64,000 nt of DNA. It comes from an uncultured Actinomycetota bacterium. Lineage in GTDB: Bacteria > Actinomycetota > Actinomycetes > JAHEKZ01. The stretch lies in NCBI GenBank assembly GCA_963743915.1, contig CAVURN010000002.1, positions 544,001 to 608,000 of the forward strand. Direction: 5' to 3'. Below the pieces are notes generated by a model. That model made no database searches. It was not told where the DNA came from and saw only the letters and a program-made list of their open reading frames with translations. This document shows positions 22,004-30,794 of the stretch, piece after piece. Position numbers and translations under genes: made by a program. How positions within the stretch are numbered: position 1 is the first letter of the stretch; each line of letters starts with the position of its first letter.

Positions 22004-22756
22004 TCAGCGGGCCATGTAGCCACCGTCGATGTAGAGCTCGAGACCGGTGACGAACGCCGCGTCGTCACTGGCCAGGTACGCAACCCCGGCGGCGATGTCC
22101 TCGGGCTGACCCAGCCGACCCATCGGCGTGAGAGCTGTCATCCCGTCCCAGATCGGGGTACCGCGGGACTGCTCGAGGATGGGGGTGGCGATGAATCCCG
22201 GATGGATCGAGTTGACCCGGATCCCCTCGGTGGACCAGTGCAGGGCGACGTTCTTGGTGAGGGTCCGTACGGCACCTTTGGCCGCGTGGTAGGCCGGAGA
22301 GACGCCGAACCCGCCGCTGGCGCCGAAGATCGAGCTGATGTTGATGACCGAGGCGTGCGCTGACTTCTTCAGGTGCGGCGCTGCAGCCTTCATGCCGAGA
22401 AAGACGCCGGTCTGGTCGATGGCGACCGTGCGGTCCCACTCCGCAAGCGTGGTCTCCTCGATGGGCTTGATGTCGCCCATGCCGGCGTTGTTGACCAGGA
22501 TGTCGAGGGAGCCGAATGCCTCGACCGCCTTCGCGCACGCGGCGTCCCACTCGGGCTCGCTGGTGACGTCGTGCTTGAGGAAGACCGCCCTGCCTCCGCC
22601 CTCGTTGATCTCCGCGACGGTGCTCTGCCCACCACCTTCATCGATGTCGGTGACCAGCACTGCTGCGCCTTCGTCGGCGAGCCGCTTGGCGGTCGCCCGG
22701 CCGATGCCGCTGGCCGCTCCGGTGACAATGGCGACCCTGCCCTCGAGCCGATTCAT
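22004..22756 (-). CDS. SDR family oxidoreductase
   Basis: TGAASGIG, NNAG, catalytic YHAAK, RVNSIHPG. Confidence 0.93.
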   Translation of the reverse strand: MNRLEGRVAIVTGAASGIGRATAKRLADEGAAVLVTDIDEGGGQSTVAEINEGGGRAVFLKHDVTSEPEWDAACAKAVEAFGSLDILVNNAGMGDIKPIEETTLAEWDRTVAIDQTGVFLGMKAAAPHLKKSAHASVINISSIFGASGGFGVSPAYHAAKGAVRTLTKNVALHWSTEGIRVNSIHPGFIATPILEQSRGTPIWDGMTALTPMGRLGQPEDIAAGVAYLASDDAAFVTGLELYIDGGYMAR

Positions 22757-22948
22757 GGCAGCTCCTTCCGTTAATGACGACTGGTCCGACTTCTGACCCT
22801 CCCCCTTCGATGCCCGCACGTCGAGAGGCGGACGCCGCTTGACGTGGGGCCGGGACCGGTCTTCTGGCCCTTGTCCGCAAGCCGGTCGCGGGCTGCACTA
22901 GGAGAAGAGAGATCTGTCGATCCCCCGACGCGACGGTTCCGGGCGGTG

Positions 22949-23086
22949 ATGACCATGCCGAACGCCATCTACCCACCCCACTGGCACAAGGTGCCGCCTC
23001 CGGTCCATCCCGTGGACCGCTGGGTCGTGGTGCTGCTCCTGGTCGTGCTCTTCCTCGCCGTTCTGATGGTCGTCGGCGTCGGCTGA
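22949..23086 (+). CDS. Putative small single-TM protein (~45 aa)
   Basis: MTMPNAIYPPHWHKVPPPVHPVDRWVVVLLLVVLFLAVLMVVGVG; GC-rich third codon positions. Confidence 0.45.
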   Translation: MTMPNAIYPPHWHKVPPPVHPVDRWVVVLLLVVLFLAVLMVVGVG

Positions 23087-23106
23087 GCCGAGAGCCTCCC
23101 TCGAGA

Positions 23107-23127
23107 ATAGTCAATCTAGTTGACTAT
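23107..23127. promoter_or_regulatory. AT-rich palindrome, probable MarR operator
   Basis: ATAGTCAA-tctag-TTGACTAT upstream of the cupin-marR pair. Confidence 0.7.
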
Positions 23128-23184
23128 CTTGCACTCGGCGCTCTACGGTGACGGTCCATCATCAGGACCAACAGGGAGCAGTCC

Positions 23185-23559
23185 ATGACCATCCTGCGCG
23201 TGCCTTCCGAGCCAACCCACGAAGTGGGCGCAACCCGGTTCACCTCCCTCGTCACTCCGAGCCGGGGCGCTGCCGAGACGTCCATCTGGTACGTCGAGAT
23301 GCCCGCCGGCACCACCGCGACGCCACACTCGCTCACGCGGGAGGAGGTGTTCGTGGTGCTCGAAGGTGTGGCCACGGTCAGCATCGACGGTCGCGGTGGC
23401 CAAGCCTTCGCGGGCGACGCGATCGTCGTGCCCTCCGGCGCAACGCTGGAGCTGTCGAACCTCAGCAGCGACCCGGTCCGACTCATGTGCTGCCTGCCGG
23501 TCGGGGGCCAGGCATGCACTCCCGGTCGCCCACCGTTCGTCCCGCCGTGGGCGATGTGA
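23185..23559 (+). CDS. Cupin domain protein
   Basis: PHSLTREEVFVVLEG...AGDAIVVPSG cupin motifs. Confidence 0.85.
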   Translation: MTILRVPSEPTHEVGATRFTSLVTPSRGAAETSIWYVEMPAGTTATPHSLTREEVFVVLEGVATVSIDGRGGQAFAGDAIVVPSGATLELSNLSSDPVRLMCCLPVGGQACTPGRPPFVPPWAM

Positions 23560-24023
23560 GTCAGGACCAGGAGGCACCAGCGCTTGCTCGGCTGTTCGCC
23601 ATGGCCTTCCGCGACCTCATCGACGACCTGCACGAGCGGCTCGTCCAGAGCGGTTGGCAGGACGTGCGGTCGCCCTACGGGTTCGTGCTGCTCGCGGCGC
23701 GCGATCGACCGACCACCGTCGCGGAACTGACGACGCTGTTGGGCATCAGCAAGCAGGCCACGTCCCAGCTCGTGGACGCGATGTGCCGATCGGGTTACGT
23801 CCGACGGGAGCCGTCCGCGACCGATGGTCGGCAGCGTCCCGTGGTCATGACGGAACGGGGTCAGGAGCTGCTCAGGGCGGTGGAGCGCATCTACCGCGAT
23901 CTGGACGACGAATGGGCGGACGTCATCGGTCGGAAGGCGCTGGACGGGATGCGACGGAGCCTCACCCGGGTGCTGCTCGCCCGCAATGACGGTCGGCTAC
24001 CCCCGGTGCGCCCCGGCTGGTAG
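23556..24023 (+). CDS. MarR family transcriptional regulator
   Basis: LGISKQATSQLVD...GYVRREPSATDGR...TERG; GTGA overlap with the cupin gene. Confidence 0.9.
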   Translation: MSQDQEAPALARLFAMAFRDLIDDLHERLVQSGWQDVRSPYGFVLLAARDRPTTVAELTTLLGISKQATSQLVDAMCRSGYVRREPSATDGRQRPVVMTERGQELLRAVERIYRDLDDEWADVIGRKALDGMRRSLTRVLLARNDGRLPPVRPGW

Positions 24024-24031
24024 CGGTCGAC

Positions 24032-25633
24032 TCAGCTCTCGCCCACTCCGTCCAGCCAGGTGCCGAGCACGGCGACGTCGGCCAGCTCCTCCGCGGGAAC
24101 GCTCCGCAGGTCCGACGCGAGCCAGGTCAGGTCAGCTGCCTTCCCCGCTTCCAGTGACCCGATCCTGTGCTCCAACCCGACGGCGAAGGCTGCGTCCACC
24201 GTGTGCGCGTACAACGCCTCCTCCAGTGTCATCCGGTGATGCTCTCCCAGGACGCGGCCGCCCATCGTCCGTCGCATCAGAGCGTTCGCGATGGTCGTGA
24301 GCGGGCGGTAGCTCGCGACGTCGGAGTCGCTGCTGATCACCACGCGCACCCCGGCGTCCAGCTCGGCGCGCCAGGGCTGCAGCTCGTGCGCCAGCTCCCC
24401 GAGCGAGTCCCGGTACTCGTCGCCGAAGTCGTGCAGGTACGAGGGCTGCTGGACGGCGATGACGTCGAGAGCCTTCATCCGCTCGACACCTCGTGACAGC
24501 GGCAGGCCGGCATGCTCGATGCGAGGACGCGCGTCCGCGCGCGGCCGGAACCTCGCGGCCGCCTCGAAGCCGTCGAGGACTGCGGCGATCGCCTCGTCAC
24601 CCTGGGCGTGGACCGCGACGCGCCAGCCTGCCCCCCACGCGCACTCGATGAGGCCGGCGAGCTGCTCCGGTGCGTGGAAGTACGACCCGCTCTGCCCGAT
24701 GACACCCAGCGCTTCGCTGAAGGCCGCGGTGCCACCGGTCAGGCTGCCGTCGGCGTAGACCTTCAGGTGTCCGAGGGACAGATGGTCGTCGCCGAAGGGA
24801 CCGACGATGCCGAGCGAGTGATAGTCGTCGAGCTGGTGCGAGAGCGGCATGCAGACGGTGCGAACCCCCAGCTCTCCCCGTTCCCGCGCCGCCCGGTAGC
24901 CACGCATCTCGCGTGACGTCACCTGGGCGTCGGCGACGCACGTCAGACCCGCGGCGCGGAAGGCGCGTGACGCCCGACCGACGGCGGCCACGAGGTCGTC
25001 GAGGCTGGCGGCCGAGTGGAAGTTGGGCCCGTGCGTCCCGATGTCGACCTCGGTGGGGACGACGGCGCCGCAGGCGGCGTCGAGGCACAGGCCCGTCAGC
25101 CGACCCTCGTCATCGCGGACGAACCGCCCACCCGGGGGGTCCGGTGTCCGGTCGTCCACGCCGGAGCGGTGCAGCACCAGCGAGTTGACCAGCACGTTGT
25201 GACCCGACGTGTGGAAGAGCTGGAGCGGGTGGTCGCCAGCCGCGGCGTCCAGCTCCGCGAGCGTGGGCAGGGCGTACTTCGCGTTGTCGAAACCGAACCC
25301 CGCGATCGTCTCACCGGTCGGTGTCCGGGTGCAGGCATCGGCAACGACGCGCAGCAGGTCCGCCGCGGACGACACCCCCGGGTAGCGCAGGTCCAACGAG
25401 GCCAGCGACTCCCCCGTCGACAGGAAGTGGTTGTGCGCGTCGATGAGACCCGGCAGCAGCATCCCTCCGGTCAGGTCTTCGTCGACCGCATCCGGCCAAG
25501 CGTCCCGCAGCTCACGGAGGTCGCCCACGCCGACGATGTCCGCACCACGGACGGCCACCGCCTCCGCCCACGGGGCGTTCCGCACACCGGTGAAGACCGC
25601 GGCACCGCCGAGGATGCGTGTGCGCTCGTCCAT
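24032..25633 (-). CDS. Amidohydrolase_3 family (YtcJ-like) metal-dependent hydrolase
   Basis: PGLIDAHNH, KVYADGSL, VHAQGDEA, RIEHA, GSLEAGKAADL. Confidence 0.92.
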   Translation of the reverse strand: MDERTRILGGAAVFTGVRNAPWAEAVAVRGADIVGVGDLRELRDAWPDAVDEDLTGGMLLPGLIDAHNHFLSTGESLASLDLRYPGVSSAADLLRVVADACTRTPTGETIAGFGFDNAKYALPTLAELDAAAGDHPLQLFHTSGHNVLVNSLVLHRSGVDDRTPDPPGGRFVRDDEGRLTGLCLDAACGAVVPTEVDIGTHGPNFHSAASLDDLVAAVGRASRAFRAAGLTCVADAQVTSREMRGYRAARERGELGVRTVCMPLSHQLDDYHSLGIVGPFGDDHLSLGHLKVYADGSLTGGTAAFSEALGVIGQSGSYFHAPEQLAGLIECAWGAGWRVAVHAQGDEAIAAVLDGFEAAARFRPRADARPRIEHAGLPLSRGVERMKALDVIAVQQPSYLHDFGDEYRDSLGELAHELQPWRAELDAGVRVVISSDSDVASYRPLTTIANALMRRTMGGRVLGEHHRMTLEEALYAHTVDAAFAVGLEHRIGSLEAGKAADLTWLASDLRSVPAEELADVAVLGTWLDGVGES

Positions 25634-25686
25634 GTGCGCATCATGCCGGACCCCAGCAGGCACACAGGCGCACCTAGGGTGTCCAG

Positions 25687-26394
25687 ATGCTCCCGTCGCT
25701 GCGCCGTTGGCTGGCGCCCGCGCGCACGGTGCCGGTCACGCGATGGCGCGCCGACAGCCGCTGGAGGTCATCCCCCACGACGCTGCTGATCCTTGTCGTC
25801 GGGCTCTGGCTGTTCGGCGTGGGAGAGGCGTTGCTGGTGGATGCCTCGCTCGGCGTCTCGCCGTGGACGGTCCTGGCCCAGGGCCTGGATGCACAGAGCG
25901 GTATCGGCATCGGGTGGGCCACGTTCGCCACAAGCATGGTCGTGCTGCTGCTCTGGATCCCGCTCCGCGAGCGTCCGGGACTCGGCACGATCCTCAACGC
26001 CGTCATCATTGCGCTCGCCCTCGGCGTCACCGCGCCGCTGCTGCCGTCACCGGAGCACGTCGGCTGGCAGTCCGCAGAGATGCTGGGTGGGATCGCATTG
26101 ATCGGTCTCGGCAGCGGTCTCTACCTCACGTGCGGGCTCGGCCCGGGGCCGCGCGACGGCTGGATGACCGGACTCCACCACCGCAGCGGGATCCCGGTCG
26201 TGGCGGTCCGCGTGGCGATCGAGGTCACGGTGCTGGCGGTCGGCTGGCTGCTCGGCGGGACCGTGGGCGTCGGAACTGTCGCCTTCGCGCTCCTGATCGG
26301 ACCGTCGGTCGGGTACGGGCTGCGACTCGCCGGCGCGGTCGGAGGCACCGGCCGCTCGATCGTCAGCGAGGACGACCCCGCCACGGACGCCTAG
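25687..26394 (+). CDS. YczE/YitT-like membrane protein
   Basis: LGVSPWTVLAQG, RPGLGTILN, LGPGPRDG, GGTVGVGT. Confidence 0.88.
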   Translation: MLPSLRRWLAPARTVPVTRWRADSRWRSSPTTLLILVVGLWLFGVGEALLVDASLGVSPWTVLAQGLDAQSGIGIGWATFATSMVVLLLWIPLRERPGLGTILNAVIIALALGVTAPLLPSPEHVGWQSAEMLGGIALIGLGSGLYLTCGLGPGPRDGWMTGLHHRSGIPVVAVRVAIEVTVLAVGWLLGGTVGVGTVAFALLIGPSVGYGLRLAGAVGGTGRSIVSEDDPATDA

Positions 26395-26426
26395 AGCGTT
26401 CTCAGCGAACCCACGACCCGAGTTGG

Positions 26427-26450
26427 TCATATACCCCCTGGGGTATATGA
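26427..26450. promoter_or_regulatory. CsoR/CstR-family operator palindrome
   Basis: TCATATACCCC-ct-GGGGTATATGA, perfect 11-bp arms, 7 bp before the rhodanese ATG. Confidence 0.75.
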
Positions 26451-26457
26451 TCGCCGC

Positions 26458-26874
26458 ATGACTCAACGCCTCTTGACCCGCCCGGCCCGCTGGGCTGCTG
26501 CGCCCCTGCTCGCCGCTGGTCTCCTTCTCGCCGGATGTGGCGGTGGCAGTGCCGAGGTCACCGGTGTCGACCCTGCCGCGGCCGCCGAGATCGTCTCCTC
26601 CGGGGACGCGCTGGTCCTCGACGTCCGGACACCGGCGGAGTTCGCCGCAGGTCACCTGCCCGGCGCCGTCAACATCGATGTGGAGTCGAGCGACTTCGCC
26701 GACCGGGTCTCCGGACTCGACGAGGGTGAGCCGACGCTCGTCTACTGCCAGACCGGGAACCGCTCCGGGGTGGCGACCGAGAAGATGGCCGACCTGGGTT
26801 TCACCGAGCTCTCCGAGCTCGAGGGTGGCATCGAGGCGTGGGCCGCCGCCGATGGGCAGGTCGTCCAGCAGTAG
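26458..26874 (+). CDS. Rhodanese-like domain lipoprotein
   Basis: Lipobox LLLAGC, LDVRTPAEFAAGHLPGA, active-site YCQTGNRS, LEGGIEAW. Confidence 0.9.
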   Translation: MTQRLLTRPARWAAAPLLAAGLLLAGCGGGSAEVTGVDPAAAAEIVSSGDALVLDVRTPAEFAAGHLPGAVNIDVESSDFADRVSGLDEGEPTLVYCQTGNRSGVATEKMADLGFTELSELEGGIEAWAAADGQVVQQ

Positions 26875-26875
26875 C

Positions 26876-27772
26876 TCAGCCGGACCGACTGCCGGACCGG
26901 AGCGCCGCGAGCAGGACGGCGGCTGCCGGCGGAGATGACGGTCCGAACCACACGAAACGCACCGACCGCCGCAGCTGGGCGCCCGCCAGTGGTCGCACCA
27001 CGACCCCCTCGCGCTCGACCAAAGCCATCTGGGGAACCAGCGCCACGCCCACCCCGGCCGCGACGAACCCGAACATGACGTCGTAGTCGTCGGTGCGCAG
27101 CACCGGTCTGGGGCTGAAGCCCTCGGTCGAGCAGGCTGCCCGCAGCGCGGCGTCCCCCGGCTCGTCGGGGTCGCGCGACATGATCCACCCGGCGTCCGCC
27201 AGCTGCCCGATCGGAACCGCACGTCGCTCGGCCAGCGGGTGGGACGCAGGTAGCACGACCCGGAACGGGTCGTCGAACAGCGTCACCTCCTCGAGCTCGT
27301 CGAGCGGATGGACCGGCGCGTCCGGGTCGTCGTAGATCAGCGCGCAGTGGAGCTGACGGGCGTGCAGGCGCTCGAGCAGCTCGGGCGGTTCCGCCTCGTA
27401 CAGCTCGACCTGGACCGCGGTGCGGACCTGCAGGGCCGCCACGGCACGAGGCAGCACATGCGCCCCTGCGGTCGGGAAGGTCCCGATGCGCAGCGTCGCC
27501 ACCCCGTGCCGGGCCAGCGCTCTCACCTCGGCCTCCGCCGACGCCAACCGGTCGAGCACCGCCTCGGCGTGCTCGAGGAAGAGCTCTCCGAGGTCGGTGA
27601 GGGCTGCGCCTCTGGTCGACCGGGACACCAGCGCGACTCCGAGGTGCGACTCCAGGGCAGCCAGGTGGTGCGCCACCGTCGGCTGGCTGTGGTGCAGCGA
27701 CCGCGCGGCTCCCGCGAGCGACCCTTCGCGGGCGACCGCCCGCAGGACGGTCAGCTGGCGCAGTTCGAGCAC
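26876..27772 (-). CDS. LysR family transcriptional regulator
   Basis: N-terminal HTH (GSLAGAARSLHHSQPTVAHHLAALE), LRIGTFPT, VAAGVGVALVP. Confidence 0.93.
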   Translation of the reverse strand: MLELRQLTVLRAVAREGSLAGAARSLHHSQPTVAHHLAALESHLGVALVSRSTRGAALTDLGELFLEHAEAVLDRLASAEAEVRALARHGVATLRIGTFPTAGAHVLPRAVAALQVRTAVQVELYEAEPPELLERLHARQLHCALIYDDPDAPVHPLDELEEVTLFDDPFRVVLPASHPLAERRAVPIGQLADAGWIMSRDPDEPGDAALRAACSTEGFSPRPVLRTDDYDVMFGFVAAGVGVALVPQMALVEREGVVVRPLAGAQLRRSVRFVWFGPSSPPAAAVLLAALRSGSRSG

Positions 27773-27793
27773 CCGAGCAGTCTACATACTGAC

Positions 27794-27806
27794 TATGGAG
27801 CCGATA
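27794..27806. promoter_or_regulatory. LysR-type T-N11-A site
   Basis: TAT-ggagccg-ATA in the short divergent lysR/decarboxylase intergenic region. Confidence 0.45.
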
Positions 27807-27856
27807 CAGGGAGTTGACCCCTTCTCTTTGTTACCGGGCTCCTCCACCCTGAGACC

Positions 27857-29344
27857 GTGACTCCCCACGATGCGCTCGCCGCTGCCCTGCCCGGACTCGA
27901 CCAGACCGCCACGCCCTACGCCGACGCGCTGGCTGCCTACGCGGACGCCGACATGCTCCGGCTCGATGTGCCGGGCCACCAGGCGTCCACCCATGCCCAG
28001 CCGGGACTCGCCGACTTCCTCGGCCTGCGCACCCTCGAGCTCGACGTGCCTCCCCTGACGCACGGCGTCGACCACGGTGACGTGCCGACGCCGCTCGGCC
28101 AGGCGGCTTACCTCGCCGCACAGGCATGGGGGGCGCGCCGCACCTGGTTCCTCACGAATGGCGCCAGCAAGGGCAACCTCGTCGCCTGCCTCGCCCTGCG
28201 CGGCCTCGGCGACCGCGTCGCGCTCCAGCGCTCGGTGCACTCGTCGGTGGTTGACGGGCTCGCTCTCGCCGGCCTCGACGCCACCTTCCTCTACCCCAGC
28301 GTCGATGCCGAGCACGGCATCGCCCACGGCGTCACACCTGAGGCGCTCGAGGCGACCCTGACGGCGAACCCGGATGTCGTCGCGGCCTACGTCGTGACGC
28401 CCTCGTACTTCGGCGCCGTCGCCGACGTGGCCGGGCTCGCTCGCGTCGCCCACGGCCACGGTGTGCCACTGGTCGTCGACGAGGCGTGGGGGTCGCACTT
28501 CGGGTTCCACCCTGACCTTCCTGTCAACGCGTTGCGACTCGGCGCGGACCTCGTCATCTCGTCCACCCACAAGCTGGCCGGCTCCCTCACCCAGTCGGCG
28601 ATGCTCCACCTGGGCCACGGCGACTTCGCCGACGGGCTCGAGCCGCTGCTCGACCGGGCGTTCCGCTCCATGCAGTCGACGTCGGCGTCCGCGCTGCTCA
28701 TGGCCTCGCTCGACCACGCCCGCAGGCAGCTGGCGGTCAACGGTGTCACCACGATCGGGGCAAGCCTCGACGCCGTGGCAAAGATCCGTGGCCGGATCGA
28801 GGCGGAGGGACGCTTCACCACCGTCGACGCGCGCATGCTCGCCTTTGACGACGTCATCGCGATCGACCCGCTGCGCGTGGTCATCGACACCCGCAGTGGC
28901 GGGATCAGCGGGCACGAGGCGCGCCACCTGCTCTTCGAGGAGCACCGCATCCACCTCGAGATGTCGACGGACTCGGTGGTCGTCGCCGTCATCGGTGCCG
29001 GCGCAGTTCCCGACGTCGACCGGTTGATCGACGCGCTGCACTCACTGCCGCACGTCGACAACGAGGCGTCGGCGACGATCGAGCTGCCCGCCCCTGGCCC
29101 CCGTGCGACCAGCGTCCGGGAAGCCACCTTCACCGCCACCGAGATCGTCCCCGCCACGGAGGCCATCGGACGCGTCTCAGCCGACACGGTCGCCGCGTAC
29201 CCTCCGGGGATCCCGAATCTGATGCCGGGCGAGGTCGTCACCGCCGAGGTCGTGGACTTCCTGCAGCAGACCGCCGCCGCCCCGTTCGGACACGTCCGCG
29301 GCGCCCTGGCCAAGGACATGAGCCTGCTCCGCGTCGTCAGGTAA
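27857..29344 (+). CDS. Orn/Lys/Arg decarboxylase family PLP enzyme
   Basis: VPGHQ, FLTNGAS, VDEAWGSH, PLP lysine SSTHK, YPPGIP. Confidence 0.9.
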   Translation: MTPHDALAAALPGLDQTATPYADALAAYADADMLRLDVPGHQASTHAQPGLADFLGLRTLELDVPPLTHGVDHGDVPTPLGQAAYLAAQAWGARRTWFLTNGASKGNLVACLALRGLGDRVALQRSVHSSVVDGLALAGLDATFLYPSVDAEHGIAHGVTPEALEATLTANPDVVAAYVVTPSYFGAVADVAGLARVAHGHGVPLVVDEAWGSHFGFHPDLPVNALRLGADLVISSTHKLAGSLTQSAMLHLGHGDFADGLEPLLDRAFRSMQSTSASALLMASLDHARRQLAVNGVTTIGASLDAVAKIRGRIEAEGRFTTVDARMLAFDDVIAIDPLRVVIDTRSGGISGHEARHLLFEEHRIHLEMSTDSVVVAVIGAGAVPDVDRLIDALHSLPHVDNEASATIELPAPGPRATSVREATFTATEIVPATEAIGRVSADTVAAYPPGIPNLMPGEVVTAEVVDFLQQTAAAPFGHVRGALAKDMSLLRVVR

Positions 29345-29426
29345 TAGGCACGTAGGTCACGCGCGGTCGCAGTTGTCGTCAGCCGGTAGGCACGGAGGTC
29401 ACGCGCGGTCGCTCTTGTCCGTCAGC
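29345..29426. repeat. Imperfect direct repeat, 2 copies, 42-bp period, overlapping the NYN gene stop
   Basis: taggcacgtaggtcacgcgcggtcgcagttgtcgtcagc vs taggcacggaggtcacgcgcggtcgctcttgtccgtcagc. Confidence 0.75.
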
Positions 29427-30493
29427 GCTGTCCAGAACCCGTCCCGCACCTCGTGCTTGGCCCGCTCGTCGTGCCAGGTGTCGATGCCACGAACGTCGGC
29501 GTAGCTGAGCAGCTCGGCGTCCATCCGCCGCGGGATCAACGGCTTGGATGCCAGCAGGACCGCCCGCATCTCATCGGTGGAGCGGATCCGCCAACGCGCG
29601 CCGTACATGCGACCTGCGGCACGGGCGTCCACCTCGACGCCGCGGTCCTCAGCCTCGTCGCGCGCCCGTTCCTCACGCGTCGAGACGTCGGACAGACGGA
29701 GCAGCCGATCCTCGTCCCGCCCGTGGACATAGCCGGACCGGCTTCCCGACGACGTGAAGAGCAGGCGAGACGGCTCGGGCTTGAGGGGCATCGGCGCGGC
29801 GCGGCGGCGGGCTGCGAGGTCGGCCGGACTGGGGGCCGGCGCATTGCCGATCACCTCCTCGACCGGCTCTGGCTCTCCCTGCTCACCCCGAGCGGCGGCT
29901 GCCGCCACCTCAGCCACGCCGGCGGCGAGCTCGGCCGGGTCAGGCAGGACGGTGTGGACGGCGCGCAGGAAGTCGGCGTCGAGCACGCGCCGTCGGTCCG
30001 CCGCCATGATCAGCTCCAGTGACTGGTTGGAGCTCTCCGGCGGACTCTCGACCCCCCACAGGTGCAACCTGACCCCGTACTTCTGCACCTCCTCGACGGC
30101 GCGCAACAGATCCTCGTCGCCGGTGAGCAGCACGAAGTCCGCGGCTGCTTTGTTGCGCGCGAGCTCGGTCATGTCGGCGTGCAGGTCGGCGTCGACGCCC
30201 TTCTGCGCCCGTCGTCCTCCGTCACGCTCGCGCAGGTTCCCGAGGCGCAGCTTGACGTCGGCCAGCCGCCCAAGGTCGCGCTGGTCGGGGAACGGCACCC
30301 GGTTCGGAGCAGCGTCGTACCAGTAGATCCGCAGCAACGGCAGTCCGGTGTCCTTGACGGCCAGGTCGGCCAGCGCCTCGACGAGCTGTGCACGGTCGGC
30401 CCGCACCCTTCGGCCGGGGGCCCCCGCGGTGAGCAACGCCTTGGTGCTCTCCCCCAGATACCCCGCGTCGACGAAGACGGCGCATCGGTCCAT
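29399..30493 (-). CDS. NYN domain protein (PIN-like RNase fold)
   Basis: FVDAGYL, RIYWYDAA, QKGVD, LLTGDEDL, ADRRRVLD. Confidence 0.9.
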   Translation of the reverse strand: MDRCAVFVDAGYLGESTKALLTAGAPGRRVRADRAQLVEALADLAVKDTGLPLLRIYWYDAAPNRVPFPDQRDLGRLADVKLRLGNLRERDGGRRAQKGVDADLHADMTELARNKAAADFVLLTGDEDLLRAVEEVQKYGVRLHLWGVESPPESSNQSLELIMAADRRRVLDADFLRAVHTVLPDPAELAAGVAEVAAAAARGEQGEPEPVEEVIGNAPAPSPADLAARRRAAPMPLKPEPSRLLFTSSGSRSGYVHGRDEDRLLRLSDVSTREERARDEAEDRGVEVDARAAGRMYGARWRIRSTDEMRAVLLASKPLIPRRMDAELLSYADVRGIDTWHDERAKHEVRDGFWTALTDKSDRA

Positions 30494-30602
30494 GGCCCAA
30501 GAGTGCCAGCCGCCCGACCGTGGCGCGACCAGTGGGCGCAGCACCGACACGCATGGGCGAACGGCCCTTGACGCCTCCGGACGCGGTAGGGATGCTCAGG
30601 CC

Positions 30603-30788
30603 ATGAGTGACGAGACCGCTGGTGCCCCCGAGGACGTCAAGGCCAAGTTCCGCGAGGCGCTCGAGCGCAAGAAGCATCAGAGCCATGACGACGTCGATGA
30701 CGCCACGCACGGCGAGGACGTGCACGGAGTGACCGACACCCACGCGCACGGCGTCAAGCGTGACTTCCGTCGCAAGGACATGGGGTGA
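30603..30788 (+). CDS. DUF5302-like small protein
   Basis: EDVKAKFREALERK...KRDFRRK pattern. Confidence 0.75.
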   Translation: MSDETAGAPEDVKAKFREALERKKHQSHDDVDDATHGEDVHGVTDTHAHGVKRDFRRKDMG

Positions 30789-30794
30789 GACCGG

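Noticed and set aside
29399-30788. NYN plus DUF5302 as a toxin-antitoxin pair
   Set aside because: The genes are divergent rather than operonic, and both families occur independently; nothing in the sequence links them.
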